Assembly (NCBI RefSeq): GCF_006345805.1
Contig: NC_043000.1
Coordinates: 114,204,001-114,268,000 of the forward strand
DNA length: 64,000 nt
Reading direction: 5' to 3'
Source of the DNA: Octopus sinensis
Taxonomy: Eukaryota
Made by a program: the position numbers and the translations under genes. A model generated the notes under the pieces. That model was not told the DNA's origin. It ran no database searches and saw only the letters and a program-made list of their open reading frames with translations. Positions 38,691 to 51,654 of this stretch are shown here, in pieces (position 1 is the first letter of the stretch; each line of letters begins with the position of its first letter).

Positions 38691-39059
38691 AAAATACCTC
38701 AGATTTGTGAGAAGAAAATAGCTGAACAAGATCAACCCCAGCTTTTGATTTGAGTTATACATTACTGATCCCACAAGGATAAAAGGCCTGGAGGGATTCA
38801 AGAGTACAGATGGAAAAGAGAACAAAAATAACACTGTCAGACATTTTGTACAACACTCAACCAATTCTAATTAATACCACCAGCAGTTAAAGACGTTGTT
38901 GTTGCTAGGTTGTTAGAATATCTGACAAAGTACTTTGTGGTAATTAACTGTGACCCACACTGAAGTCAACTTTTATTTTTTGTCCTGCAGAGAGTCGATA
39001 AAATAAAGTAAGAGTCAAGTACTTGGAGTCAAATTTACTCCACCCTGCCACTGCACTGT

Positions 39060-39300
39060 ACCTGAAGGATTGGGTCAATGCTGATGCCAGTGCCGCCTGA
39101 CTGGCTGGCTCCCATGCTGGTGGCACGCAATAAGCACCATTCATGCGTGGATGATGCCAGTGTGACCTGACTGGCTCCCCGTGCCGGTGGCACGTAAAAA
39201 GAACCATCCAAACATGCTTGATACCAGCCCCCCTCACCCCGACTGGCTCCTGTGCTGGTGACATCCAAAAAGCACCATCCAAACGTGGTTGATGCCAGCC
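39060..39300 (+). mobile_element. RTE 3' UTR subrepeat block
   Basis: About four ~55-bp gatgccagtgccgcctgactggctcc..gtggcacgtaaaaagcacc units. Confidence 0.7.
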
Positions 39301-39544
39301 CCCACCCATCACCACCACCACCATCCATTCAGTGTCAGTAAAATAAGTACCAGCTGAATGCTGGGGTTGACATAATCAACTTACCCCCTCCCTCAAAACT
39401 GCTAGTCCTCTACTAAAATTTGAAGCCAATATCTTTTATATTATTGGAGCTGTTGTTACAATTAGTATTAATTAATGCAGTCAATAACATATAAATTAAC
39501 TGAGGACAGGCTTTTTATTGCTACCAACTATTGAAAATGTTGGT

Positions 39545-39690
39545 GTTATAACTAGTACTACTACCACTATTACTACTACTACTGCTGCTACTACCACCAC
39601 CACCACCACTACTATTACTACTACCACCACCACCACCACTACTACTACTACTACTACCACCACCACCACCACTACTACTACTATTACTGG
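39545..39690. repeat. Compound (ACT)n/(ACC)n trinucleotide repeat
   Basis: Read directly. Similar tracts lie at 54120-54230, 57780-57940 and 59995-60115. Confidence 0.9.
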
Positions 39691-40189
39691 TCATGGTGGT
39701 CGAAGTAATAGTAGTTTGTGATCTAGTGATTGATGTTTAACTCAATATCATAAACTTAGTTGCAGGATCAGGAAACGTGTACCACTGAGCTAAGCATTTT
39801 GTTTCACATTGGTGCTGCTTGCTCATCCGTAAAGGAGTACCAGCTGGTTGCAGGCATAGCAATCCCCATCCACCCTCTCACTCCTTCCAGCTGTCACTAG
39901 TCTTAGTGAGGGGTGGGTTCAGGTAGTAAAATGGCATCTCTATCTACTTATGACAACATAGGCTTTTAAACCAGTAAGTAAAAGTATTGTGCATGTTACT
40001 GAGGTATACTCACTCACCAGTGACAACTGGTTGGAGTAATAATAGTAATAGCAGCAGCAGTAGTGCCGGAACTAAAAGCTTTCTTTTTCTACCCCACACA
40101 ATAAACCCAGTTTTCCTCTGTATCAATTTGCCAAGAATTCAACTCCAAGACAAAAATAAAAAATAAATAAACAAATAGCTTCTGCTCAC

Positions 40190-40195
40190 CGATTT
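40190..40195 (-). CDS. Candidate 6-nt microexon AAATCG (Lys-Ser) of the LRCH gene
   Basis: ttttacacttcag|AAATCG|GTGAGC with a ~135-nt AG-free U-rich tract and a CACTAAT branch-like motif; in frame in a phase-0 intron. Confidence 0.45.
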
Positions 40196-40499
40196 CTGAA
40201 GTGTAAAAAAAAAAATTGAAAAATAAAAAAAAAATTGAAAAATAAAAAAAAAATTGAAAAAAAAATGGAATAAAAATTGAAAAATAAAAATTAAAATAAA
40301 CACAAAATCAGAAAAATTAGTGACAAACAGAACTGAACAGAACCATAAGCTAAATTTTATTTTATTTGTGTAAAAAAAAAGCAAAAAAAAGCAATGAATA
40401 AAAAAAAAAGTTGGGGGAGGAGGTACCCAGAACACTCAACCACTTAAAATGGGCAAGATGTAAAATATATATAAAAAAGGAGAGATAATAATAATAATA

Positions 40500-40536
<37 letters not shown>

Positions 40537-41784
40537 TTTAGAAAAATAAAAAATAGAAACCAGCCGAGATTTATGATTTTAACAGAAAGTTGTTGGTTTG
40601 TAACAGAAATGAATTCATCCTGTGAAGAGAATTGAAGAAATTTTTCAGTATTTATTTTTATTTTTCATATTTTTTCCCTTACCGTTTAAGGAATTTACAG
40701 AAGGTTTGTTGTTTTTATTTTGTTTTTATGTTTTACAGTTTATTTTTCTTTTTCATTTTTTTTTAAATTTCAAAATTTCAAATTTGTAATTAAAAGATGA
40801 CAAAAAAAAAAATTAATAGATAAATATGCCCATGTATGAAAAAGAAAAAAAAAATGAAATTGATAGACTTGAGAGATAACATGGAGGTTATTAGGGGAGT
40901 CTTGTAGAAAACCCCTTACTTTCACCCCTATTTCTAATTATACAATAAGGAGAAGGAGATGGGGAGAGGAGAGAAAGATGGTGAGTAAGAAAGAGAAAAA
41001 CAAAGAAAAATATTTTCAGAAAAGTTTTGGTTTTGTTTTTCGGGGAGATATTTAACAGATCAATTAAAATTTTTTTAATCCACTTAATTATTTGTCTCAT
41101 CTGCATAATTGCAGCTGTTAGCTTTGATGAAGTTCCTACATAATGTGATGTTGTTATTGAGGAGAGGCAGTTCTGCCCCAGAAGCCTTATTTTCAATGTT
41201 GCTGTTGTTGGCGGAGTCATTGAATAGCTCCAAGTAAGCTCTGTCACAGCAGATTTATGATTAAAGACATTCCAATCATGACCATCCTGTTTTGCTATTT
41301 TCAGACATGGAACTTTTTTTTTTTTTCTATAGGCTGTGGTTTAGTGGTTCTCAACCATTTTTTGCCTATAGAACCCCTTTGATTTCAATTCTACTCTACT
41401 TGGCTCCCATAGCCATTCGAAAAAAAGAAGTCCAATTATAATTTTATAATTAAATATTATTAGGAATGGTATAAAAACATTTGTATATGTATTTACCTCC
41501 TTTTGTGGCATCACTCCAGCCACACCCATCCACTCATATCAAATGCAAAGTAGCCATGGATCACCTCCAGAACAGCAATTCTGTCCCCATTCCTTCCATC
41601 ATATATTAACCTCTCAACACACAAAGTAACCACTATCTCAGGCAAGGAGGCTTTTTAGTCATGAAGGTTACAAGGTGACCTTGCTGGTGCTGTTTAAAAA
41701 GGAAAACCTGGGTACTCTGTAAAGTGGTTGGTGTTAGGAAGAATAAGCAAGCATAGAAAGCAGGTAAAAACTGAGATACTAGAG

Positions 41785-42104
41785 CAGGGCTGGCCTACCT
41801 GAGGCCTGCAGGCTGCATAAGGCCCACAGACTTTATCTTGCGGCCCACTTGATATTTCCTTGAAGTATTGTGTTTAATTTCAAAATAAAATTGTTTGTGT
41901 AAAACATTTGTTTCAAAATAAATTTAAAATTTAAAAGTGGCAATAAAACAATGGCCTATAATTTTATAATTTCAAACAAATGAAATGTATGCAAAATACT
42001 TGATTCTGTAATTTGATAATTAGTGTATATGATATACAAGCGTCCCTCATAAACCTTTCTCTGATTAAAGTGGCCCGCAATGTAATTCAAGGCGGCCAGG
42101 CCTG
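41785..42104. mobile_element. hAT-like MITE inserted into an RTE 3'-end relic
   Basis: TIRs CAGGGCTGGCC / GGCCAGGCCTG; 8-bp TSD tactagag / cactagag (1 mismatch); the RTE tail sequence resumes after 42112. Confidence 0.8.
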
Positions 42105-42493
42105 CACTAGAGCAAGACTTAATCCCCCAACCCATTGGATCCTTGTCAAACTGTCCGATCCATGCCAGCATGGAATGTAGATGTAAAAATGATGTTGATA
42201 ATGATTGTTCAGATGATACATTGCTAGTTTAGACACAGGGTCTCTACTTTTATAACAATCAACACTGTTTGTACATTTCTAAGGTAAACCACACAACAAC
42301 AGCTACGTTAAGAATTGCATGCACAATAAGTCTGGTATATGCCAATCTGAGTATGTCTGTGTATACATGTGTGCATGTATATGTATGTGCATATATCTGT
42401 AATTATGTGTGTGTGTGTATGTAGCCCAACGATGCAGTTCTGTATATAAGCACATGCCATTTCAATTTTTACTGCAGTTTTGTGCTGTTAAAC

Positions 42494-42526
<33 letters not shown>

Positions 42527-43996
42527 CGCTGCCCTACCTCTTCCTGCGTTTTACAAATGCCAAGCAAGACATAAGACAGTAAATAAAAACGGTGCAACTT
42601 TCAAAAGTCATGTAAACATTTTGTCAGCATTTCGAAAACACCAAAATATCAACCACAAAACGCAGAAAGTTCTCAAAGAAAGGTTAGGATAAAGTGTGTG
42701 TGTGTGTGTGTGTGTGCATGTGAAAGATCTGGCATACAAATCTACATACATACATACACACAACCACACACACACACACATATATACATACATACACACA
42801 ACCACAATCACACACATATACATACATACATACATACATACATACATACAGAGCAATTAATTCTTCTCTATAAAAAGGTAGCTCTATCAACTAGAAATAG
42901 CAGCCAACCCTCGTCATTGCCCCACTATCATAAAGAGTGGTACTATACTTATCTGAAACAGATAAGATGGTCATGTTAGGAATACCTTTCATCAGAGAAC
43001 AACTTAAATCAGGTTGATCTGCAGGGTAATCGGAGTGTATTGATTGGCCCCTAGATCAACCAAAGTTCAACACAATATAGAGCTGAACTTTGGACCAGAA
43101 GTTCTCAACAAGGGTCCATATATCCTTGGGGGGTCCACATAAGATTTCATTGCTAAAACTTATGCATAATTGATTATACTTCTATAAGACATAAAATATT
43201 TTAATTTTTTTTAATACTTTTCCTCTTAATTATAAAAATATAATAGGATTTTTTACACGGTGAATGGGCATTAGGGTCTACCCAAATAAAATAGGAACGA
43301 AAGGGGTCCACAGATAAGAAATGGTTGAGAAACACTTCTTTAGATCAAAATCAATCAGGTGTAAAACCATTTCTGCTATCAGAGAGGTAACTTCTTGCAG
43401 ATTTCATTAATTATTTTTCATCAAAGAATGGAAGTCAAGAATACCAGTAATCAACCCTGGCTCAGAGACTTAATAGTAGTGATGTGATTGGCTAATGGGC
43501 TGAGTAGGTCATGAAGTACATAAAATGGTAAACTGGTTTGAAATTGTGACCCAAAAATATCTTTTCTTACATTTAAATGGATATTGGTGAAGGGAAGCTA
43601 CCTGCAAGACATTAGCATACCATCCAGGAGATATACCCTTCACCTGCTTAATGCTCAGATACAATGTATGTGTGTAGGAGATGGGGTAATCATTGAATGA
43701 GAAAATCAAAAGTATAACTGAAATTTAAACAGGGAATGATGGATGGTATTATAAAGTTGATATATAAAATGTTATATAGCTGCAATAATAAATGTATGCA
43801 AATATCACTATCATTTTCACATTTTCCTTGCTGGTATTTCGTGCGTGTGTGTGTGTATGGAGAAATGGCATGTATTGCCATGCAGGAAAGAATATAGAAT
43901 TTGTTTTGGGGTTTGAAAATGCAACAAACAATTACGTTTTAAGACTTAGGCACATTTTCAAACCTCCAAAAATTCTTTATATATATATATATATAT

Positions 43997-44385
43997 AGGT
44001 GCAGGAGTGGCTGTGTGGTAACTAGCTTGCTTTTGAACCATATGGTTCTGGGTTCAGTCCCACTGCGTGGTACCTTGGGCAAGTGTCTTCTACTATAGCC
44101 TCGGGTCAGCCAAAACCTTGTGGGCGGATCTATTAGACGGAAACTGAAAGAAGCCCGTCGTATATATGTATGTGTGTGTGTGAGTGTGTTTGTGTTTGTC
44201 CCCCCCAACATCGCTTGACAATCGATGCTGGTGCGTTCACGTCCCAGTAACTTAGCGGTCCGGCAAAAGAGACCGACAGAATAAGTACTAGGCTTACAAA
44301 GAATAAGTCCTGGGGTCGATTCGCTCGACTAAAGGCGGTGCTCCAGCAAGGCCACAGTCAAATGACTGAAGCAAGTAAAAGAGAG
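43997..44385 (+). mobile_element. SINE family A (tRNA-like head, CORE-like centre, internal microsatellite)
   Basis: A-box-like tggctgtgtggta, B-box-like gggttcagtccc, CORE-like accttgggcaagtgtctt, 3' gactgaagcaagtaaaagag; repeated five or more times in the window. Confidence 0.8.
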
Positions 44386-44938
44386 TACACACACACACGT
44401 GATAGAAGAGTCATAAATCAATGTTACAATGTAATTTTGCTTTCTTTGTTATTTTTCCCCAATCAATATGAGACACTAAAATATTGATCTACTGCACATC
44501 CACACACATGCAACATCAAAGGCAACTACACAATTACAGCCACCACCACCCCGCACACACACATACACAGAGTTTCCTCCAGAAGGCTGTGGTGACCTAT
44601 TTAAACATGTCCAAATGTTGCAATAATGACTGCAACTTCTGCTGAAGTTGTTAGCAGTTGTTAGCTGTGGACTGTGCAGGCTATAATTGTTCCTTATGGC
44701 TGTAGTTTCACTCCCATTGCAGCAGGTCTAGGATCAAAGGGGGAACCCAGCTTTGACACCTGTTCTTCCTTCATCTCTAATGTACCAAAGACAGCAGTAT
44801 CTAATGGGTTCCTCGTTTTTTTATGATAGTAAGGTAGTGAGGGATATTTAGTTGCTATTTCTTGCAAGTTGATTATTCATGTAGAGACTACCTTGTAGGC
44901 TCGAGATATTGTCACTGACTTTATCATGCCAGCTTTAA

Positions 44939-45158
44939 CCCTTTTGTTAATCTAGTTCTGTTGAGATGCTCTGTGTTTCTTTCAATTATTTTAAATGTAA
45001 CAAAGAATTTAGTAAAATAACTTAGTTATCATTAAGCTAGTGTTAGGAACATAACGTGTGACTAAGGTTTGGTGGAAGATTTTAATTCTAAACTTATGAA
45101 AACAAGACATTTGTACTCAGAACCAGAGCCGGTTTCTGCCAGGTCGGTATCAAAAGGG
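44939..45158. mobile_element. piggyBac-like MITE, family 1
   Basis: TTAA|CCCTTTTG...CAAAAGGG|TTAA, body colinear with 59365-59585; partial copies near 15030-15170 and 30390-30590. Confidence 0.8.
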
Positions 45159-45789
45159 TTAATAGAATGGTAACTTAATACCTTTATAATGTGCTGTTGT
45201 TGTGTCGATAGAGAAAACAGAAGAGAAAGAGAGGTGAAAGGCTGCAACTCCAGTAGTTGCTGGCTAAAGTGAATACACTCAAGTGAGTTCAATTCAGAGC
45301 AGTTCTCATTTTGTAGGCAAATGAACGCATATACAGAGAAAGATATCCGCACACAAGCATGTATCCAGGCAGAACTGCACAGAGACAAGTCAATGTAAGT
45401 GTGGTTAGCTGATGAGGAGAAAGGTTTAACTGGCCCCCAATGTTGACAAACAGAGCAGAGAGAGAAAAGGGTATTGTGAGGTGATGTGTGAATGGATGGG
45501 GAAGCAAGACTACCTGGCTGTGTTGCAGACCTATACGACTCTTGTGGCAGTGGTGGAGGAGGAGGAGATGACAATAAGGCATATGGAAAAGATATTAAAT
45601 ATAAAAAAAAAGGACAAATTCAGTCTTAGGTCAGCTGACAGTGATGAGAGGTAGGGATATCTAATCAGATCCCTACAAGGTTTCTCAAGCATTTGTTTAC
45701 CTGTGGATCCCTTTGATTCCTATTTTTACTTGGATGGATGGATGTGCACAGCCATTTGATGTTCTAAAAAATCCCATCCCCTACCTATC

Positions 45790-46050
45790 CCCTGTGCTGA
45801 TGGCACGTAAAAAGCATTATCCAAACATGATCGATGCCAGAGCCACCTGACTGGCTCCTGCGCTGGTGGTACGTAAAAAGTACCCACTACACTCACAGAG
45901 TGGCTGGCATTAGTAAGGGCATCCAGCTGTAGAAACATTGTCAGATCAGACTGGAACCTGGAGCAGCCGCTGGCTCTCCAGACCTCAGTCAAACCATCCA
46001 ACCCATGCCAGCATGGGAAACGGATGTTAAATGATGATGATGATGATGAC
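45790..46050 (+). mobile_element. RTE 3'-end copy inside a hAT-like MITE relic (45683-46185)
   Basis: Family motifs and tail. The flanks carry ggtttctcaagc at 45683 and ggttgagaaccacta near 46170, a hAT/Charlie-like terminal pair. Confidence 0.75.
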
Positions 46051-47197
46051 TTTTAGAAATAAATATTATGAGGAATTTTATGAGAATAATTAAGACATTT
46101 GGTATATTGAAGAAGTACAAGTAATTTATTGCACATAAATTTTAACAACAAAAATCTTATACGGGACCCTGGTTGAGAACCACTACCCTACAACATAACT
46201 AACAGTAAGGGCTGATACAGTCAGTCACCTTGCCTTGTAATACAGCCAGTATTGAAAGCTCAGATTGTCTAAATATCAGCTGGCCCTACAAGCCAGCAGT
46301 GAGAACTGGTTGTACAACACAGAAAAATCTAAGCAACCAATAGAAACTCGACGTTTTACTATGAGGTTCCAAAACATTAACACACAGATACGATATGACT
46401 AACAAGTCTTTTAAAATGGGGCTGTGTGGAGGACGGTGAGGAGCAGAATTAATTATCTTCCTAAATTATATAAAGAAGACGAAAGGTAATTAAACAATCT
46501 TAACAGACTGCTGTGTTTATAAAGTAATCTAAAATGAACAATTAGAGAAGTTTATGCGTTCACGCAAGAACAGGGGGGAATGAGAGGTGTGTATGTGGGG
46601 GGCAAGTTATACGTAGTATGTATGTTTGTTTAGTGAGTGTATATATAATATGTGGTGTTACAGCACCTGAATGGATGTATGGGTGTGTTTATAGAGTGTG
46701 TAGATGTGTCACTGTACATGAGTAGCGACAGGGCACATAAATAAAAGTAGGTGTCATTAGTTCATTAGAGAGAAAGTATATAAAGTGCACACACCCTTGT
46801 GTGTTTACAGTGTGGGTTTGCAATACACTTTTACAGTGTGTGTACATGTGTGTGTGTGTGTGTGTGAGTGCACACACAGCTGTGTGTGTGTGTGTGTGTG
46901 TGTATTGTCTTTATGGGGTGAGCATGTATAAGTGTGTGTGTGTGCCGGGCTATTTTGTATCATTTATATTTCAGTGCTCCAGCATGGCAACAGTCAAATG
47001 ACTGAAACAAATAAACGAATAAAATGTGGGTATGGAGTGAGACGCATGTGTCTATAATGAACACATACAGTCTGTGTATGTTAGTCGGAGAGAGGGAGAG
47101 TGTGTGTGTGTGTGTGTGTGTGTAAACATGACTGACCATGAATAACCGCTTGTGTATTTAGTGACTGGATGTAACCATGTGTACATAGATGTTGTTA

Positions 47198-47228
<31 letters not shown>

Positions 47229-47939
47229 AACACATATATGCGCACTGCAATTGAGAAGTGTGTGTGTGTGGAACGCAGGGTTTTGTCTATGCATATATTA
47301 TGAGTGCAAATGACCCAGGTGGTATGTGGTGGTGGTGTTCATCCATCACCAGTTTCTAGTTTTCTACCAAATATCCCACATACCCACTACACACCTAGAC
47401 TATCTGTGCTTTACCATTAATCTTTCAGAACTGTAGCGACTGCATGTGTGTGTGCAGTGGGGAGAGGGTATTCTTGCTTACAAAAGTCAGGGGTCAGAGG
47501 TACTCAATGAATGACTAACGAGGGCGGACGGTCGTTGAATGTAATTATATGTGGAGTGGACGATACAAATGGACGGAGATGGATATGGACTATAGTAGAT
47601 CGTGGATGAGTAATTATGGATGTAAACTCAAAAAAAGGAGTTAAACTGGACAATAAATATTAAATAAAAAACAAACGGAAGAAACTCTTTCAATGATTTA
47701 AATATGGTGGACAGGTACACACACGCATAACAGATGTGGAAATGAAAGATACTGGTGTGGACACACAGACAAACATGCATTCATGTTGTGTACTAATAAG
47801 TAAACACTAGTTTATATACATACATACATATATATATGTATATATATATATAGATAGGTAGATAGATAGACAGAGAGAAAGAGAGAGAGGCATGCCCCAG
47901 TGTAATAGTGATAAATACAACAGAAAACAAACATGGGGA

Positions 47940-48635
47940 GATGATATCACTGGCTTGTTGACAGAATGATAACGCTGCTTTGTTGACAGACAGAAATGAT
48001 ATCACTGGTGTGTTGACAGAAAAAAATACCATTGGTTTTGTTGACAGAGGGAACTGGAACCATAGGTTTGTAGACAGAGAAATGATATCATTGGTTTGTT
48101 GACAGACAGAAATGATATTTGTTTATTGACAGACAGAAATGATATTTGTTTATTGACAGACAGAAAAAATATCATTGGTTTGTTGACAGACGAAAACGAT
48201 ATCATTGGTTTGTTGACTGACAGAAACGATATCATTGGTTTGTTGACTGACAGAAACGATATCATTGGTTTGTTGACTGACAGAAACGATATCATTGGTT
48301 TGTTGACTGACAGAAATGATATCATTTGTTTATTGACAGACAGAAACAATATCATTGGTTTGTTGACAGACAGAAATGATATCTTTGGTTTGTTGACAGT
48401 CAGAAATGATATCATTGGTTTGTTGACAGACAGAAATGATATCATTTGTTTATTGACAGATGGAAACAATATCATTGGTTTGTTGACACACAAAAACGAT
48501 ATCATTGGTCTGTTGACAGATGGAAATGATATCATTGATTTGTTGACTGACAGAAACGATATCATTGGTTTGTAAATAGACAGAAATGATATCTTTGGCT
48601 TGTTGACAGAAATGATATCATTAGTTTGTTGACAG
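47940..48635. repeat. 30-bp minisatellite, about 23 units (TGTTGACAGACAGAAATGATATCATTGGTT)
   Basis: Period-30 register is clear across 48151-48570, with degenerate edges. Confidence 0.95.
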
Positions 48636-49669
48636 TGAGATTAAATCTGGATTTTTCTTTTATATTTCTTTTTTTTTTAACAAATACTCACTGACAATAA
48701 CACAAAAATATTTAAGATAAATAAATTGGTAGCAGAACATCTGAAATAAAAGAATAAAACAGGAAGGGTATGTACCAGACCAGAGACCATGAACCACACA
48801 TGGTGTACCTCTTGAATATCATAGGAAGGAGACACAAAACATAAAAACAGAAGTTAGAATAGTTTGAGAGGAGGGAAAGGTGACACACTCCAAACAGTGA
48901 GGAAGAAAGAGTAAAGAAAAGTGAAGGAAACTTGGCTCCCTGCTTGATTCAAAGATCAATTTGTTAAGGAAGGAAAGAAGGAAACGTAAGCTAAGCATAA
49001 GCCAGGTAGAAATGTCTTAGAGCTGCTAGTCTTTAGGTGTTCTACAGAGAATAGTAAAACTAATGACTAGAACCAGAAAGTGGCAGAAATGGTAGAATGA
49101 TGAACTAACTGCTTCGTTTCGTCCCAATTTCGTAGGGGACAAGATGGAAATCTAGCATTCTTGTTTAAACCCCGGCAGCCAGATGCAACAGGCTGTTACC
49201 AAAGATATCTCAGCTGCAACATTTTGCCTTTCATACTTAGAACAACATTATCTGATCTATCCTTTCTTTCTTAAAATGATAGGTGTGATCAGAGAGATAT
49301 TTGACTGCTATTTCTAGCAGGTTAAAAAAAAAAATAAAGCTTGTTAACTTGAGGAGGCCCCTGGTATTGTTGTTTGGTCCTAGGTCGGCCCTATTCCAGC
49401 CAAAACCATTTCCCCCACTACCAATATCAAAACCTAGGGCTACATTATCTCGTGTCCTTACAGTTTTTTCAAGACAATAGAGTGAGAGTGTGATTTGAGG
49501 TAGATTTGACTGCCACCTCAAGCAGATCATGTTCAAACAACCTCATAAACGTTTGCTCCTTGAAATCTTCCATAGGATTAGTAAATGAAACTAGACAGCA
49601 ACTGAGAATCCATTCAGCAGTTTACTCTAGACTTGAACATATTTCTAACCTTGTATCTATATATAGGCA

Positions 49670-49838
49670 TAGGTGTGGCTGTGTGGTAAGTAGCTTGCTT
49701 ACAAACCATATGGTTCTGGGTTCAGTCTCACTGCATGGCACCTTGGGCAAGTGTCTTCTACTATAGCCTCAGGCCGACCAAAGCCTTGTGAATGGATTCG
49801 GTAGACGGAAACTGAAAGAAGCTCATCGTATATATGTG

Positions 49839-49869
<31 letters not shown>

Positions 49870-49874
49870 GTGTG

Positions 49875-49920
<46 letters not shown>

Positions 49921-50120
49921 TTGTGGTTCACCCCCCCCCCCAACATCGCTTGACAACCGATGCTGGTGTGTTTACGTCCTCGTAATTTAGCGGTTCAGCA
50001 AAAAAGACTGATACTAGGCTTATAAAGAATAAGTCCTGGGGTCGATTTGCTCAACTAAAGGTGGTGCTCCAGCACGGCCACAGTCAAATGACTGAAAGAA
50101 GTAAAAGAGAGTAAAAGAGT
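49670..50120 (+). mobile_element. SINE family A
   Basis: Colinear with 43997-44385. Confidence 0.8.
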
Positions 50121-50159
50121 AAGGCATAAATAGCAACAACATTTTCTTAAATAGGCCCA

Positions 50160-50375
50160 AGGCTAATAATCTTTTCTACTAAAGGCACAGGGCCTGAAAT
50201 TTTGGGGAAGGGGACTAGTCAATTATATCAACCCCAGTGTTTCACTGGTACTTAATTTATTGACCCCGAAAGGATGAAAGGCAAAGTCAACCTCGGCGAA
50301 GTTTGAACTCAGAATGCAGCGACAGGCGCAATATCGCTAAGCATTTCATCCAGCATGCTAACGATCCTGCCAGTT
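50160..50375 (-). mobile_element. SINE family B
   Basis: Reverse-complement copy. Confidence 0.75.
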
Positions 50376-50867
50376 TGCTGCCTTCCCAGGGCTAATAACT
50401 GATTCTTGTATAGGCACAAGGCCTGAGATTTAGGGGAAGGTGTTACTCAATACCACAGGCCCATTCACTGGTGTTTTATTGATTCCGAAAAGAAGAAAAG
50501 TCTAAACATGGCAGGATTTGAACTCAAAGCATAAGGAACCAGAAAGGAGTCCAGTCAATAAAGTTGATGCTTAGTATATGACTGGTATATATGTCATTGA
50601 ACCTGGAGAGAACGTAAACCAGAACTAATTCTGGTTTGTCATTTCAACTAAGACTACTAGTTGAGCAGAATGCCTGAAGCCCAGCAGCGATCTACCATTT
50701 CTACCACTTCAAGGAATTTGAAATTTTATAAGCACTACAAAAAATTATAATTTAAACAAATACTGAAAGCAAAAAATTAGTAGAAAGCTGGATAACAAAA
50801 AAAAAAATTTTTTAAATAGTTTAGACTTTAACAAAATGATTTTTTAATTAACTATATATAAGCTTAA

Positions 50868-51088
50868 CCCTTTAGCATTTAATCCAACCACATCCGGCCT
50901 AAATATTCTACTTGTTTTATGTTGAAACTGGCCAGATCCAGACTCTCTCACCTATCCTACAATGTCACTCTAAAAATAGAGAAACACACCATTGAAATCT
51001 TGAAGCTACAAGATAATGTGTGATTAATTCCAAACAATGTGAATAAATTAAACGAAACATTTGACAAAGAAATTTGAATGCTAAAGGG
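50868..51088. mobile_element. piggyBac-like MITE, family 2
   Basis: TTAA|CCCTTTAGCATT...AATGCTAAAGGG|TTAA with a different interior; partial inverse copy at about 6250-6375. Confidence 0.85.
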
Positions 51089-51414
51089 TTAAAGGGATTT
51101 GCAAGGGTTTCCCTTAATTAGAGTCAGCAGTTAGCGACCTCCAAAATAACAAAAAAAAAAAGGGGGGAAATTGTGTTAAATAAAGAAGGTGCACCTAAGC
51201 TGATCTATAAAAGCCGTGTTTTGGTCGTAAGCTACAGGAGAGACAAAATGAAGACTACCTCTATTCTATTGTCATAGAGTCGAGTTGATTGTTGAAGGTG
51301 GTGGTGATGGTTGTTGGTGTTGTTGCCAAGTTTCCTCATAATGTATTCGTAACAAGGAGCCAACGGGGTAGCAGACACACATTCAGGCCATGCTGGAGGG
51401 GACAGCTTATTTAC

Positions 51415-51529
51415 CTCAAGTAAGGACCAGTTACTCTTGTCGCTACCATCGATATAGCCAGAATCACTACTGAGCATGTGTCGTTTCCAGCGCTGTTCTG
51501 GTGACAAATTAGTAAATTCTTCTGTGGGT
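51415..51529 (-). CDS. LRCH: LRCH-family exon (PTEEFTNLSPEQRWKRHMLSSDSGYIDGSDKSNWSLLE)
   Basis: Acceptor tgtatttgcag| and donor |GTAAAT; 115 nt, phase 2 to 0, frame-compatible with both neighbours. DSGY..GSDK..WS resembles recalled LRCH DSGF.SVDSG.KRWSGNE. Confidence 0.88.
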
Positions 51530-51654
51530 CTGCAAATACAAACAAACAACATATCGAGAGAAATTAGTATTCATTTAATTTTTGTTTCTTTTTTTTTTCT
51601 AAATACATCAACATCAAACATCAAAATAAAAATCAAATGGAAATTGTAGTTATA

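Noticed and set aside
40560-40619. Strong minus-strand acceptor ctcttcacag|GATGAATTC, in frame
   Set aside because: There is no credible donor downstream before the sequence runs into poly-T and (TTA)n.
45062-45574. 170-aa minus-strand ORF starting SSPPPPPLPQ
   Set aside because: TTG start, no acceptor at the proline-rich start, and it runs into a MITE.
48002-48575. 187-aa and 159-aa ORFs on opposite strands
   Set aside because: They are by-products of a 30-bp tandem repeat, with no start context, splice signals or domain; not called as CDS.
47940-48635. CRISPR-like appearance of the palindromic repeats
   Set aside because: The units are directly adjacent with no unique spacers, the context is eukaryotic and there are no cas genes.
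49116-49140. GTCCC...GGGAC-GAAAC on the minus strand, resembling hammerhead stem II plus GAAAC
   Set aside because: There is no CUGANGA upstream and no stem I or III.
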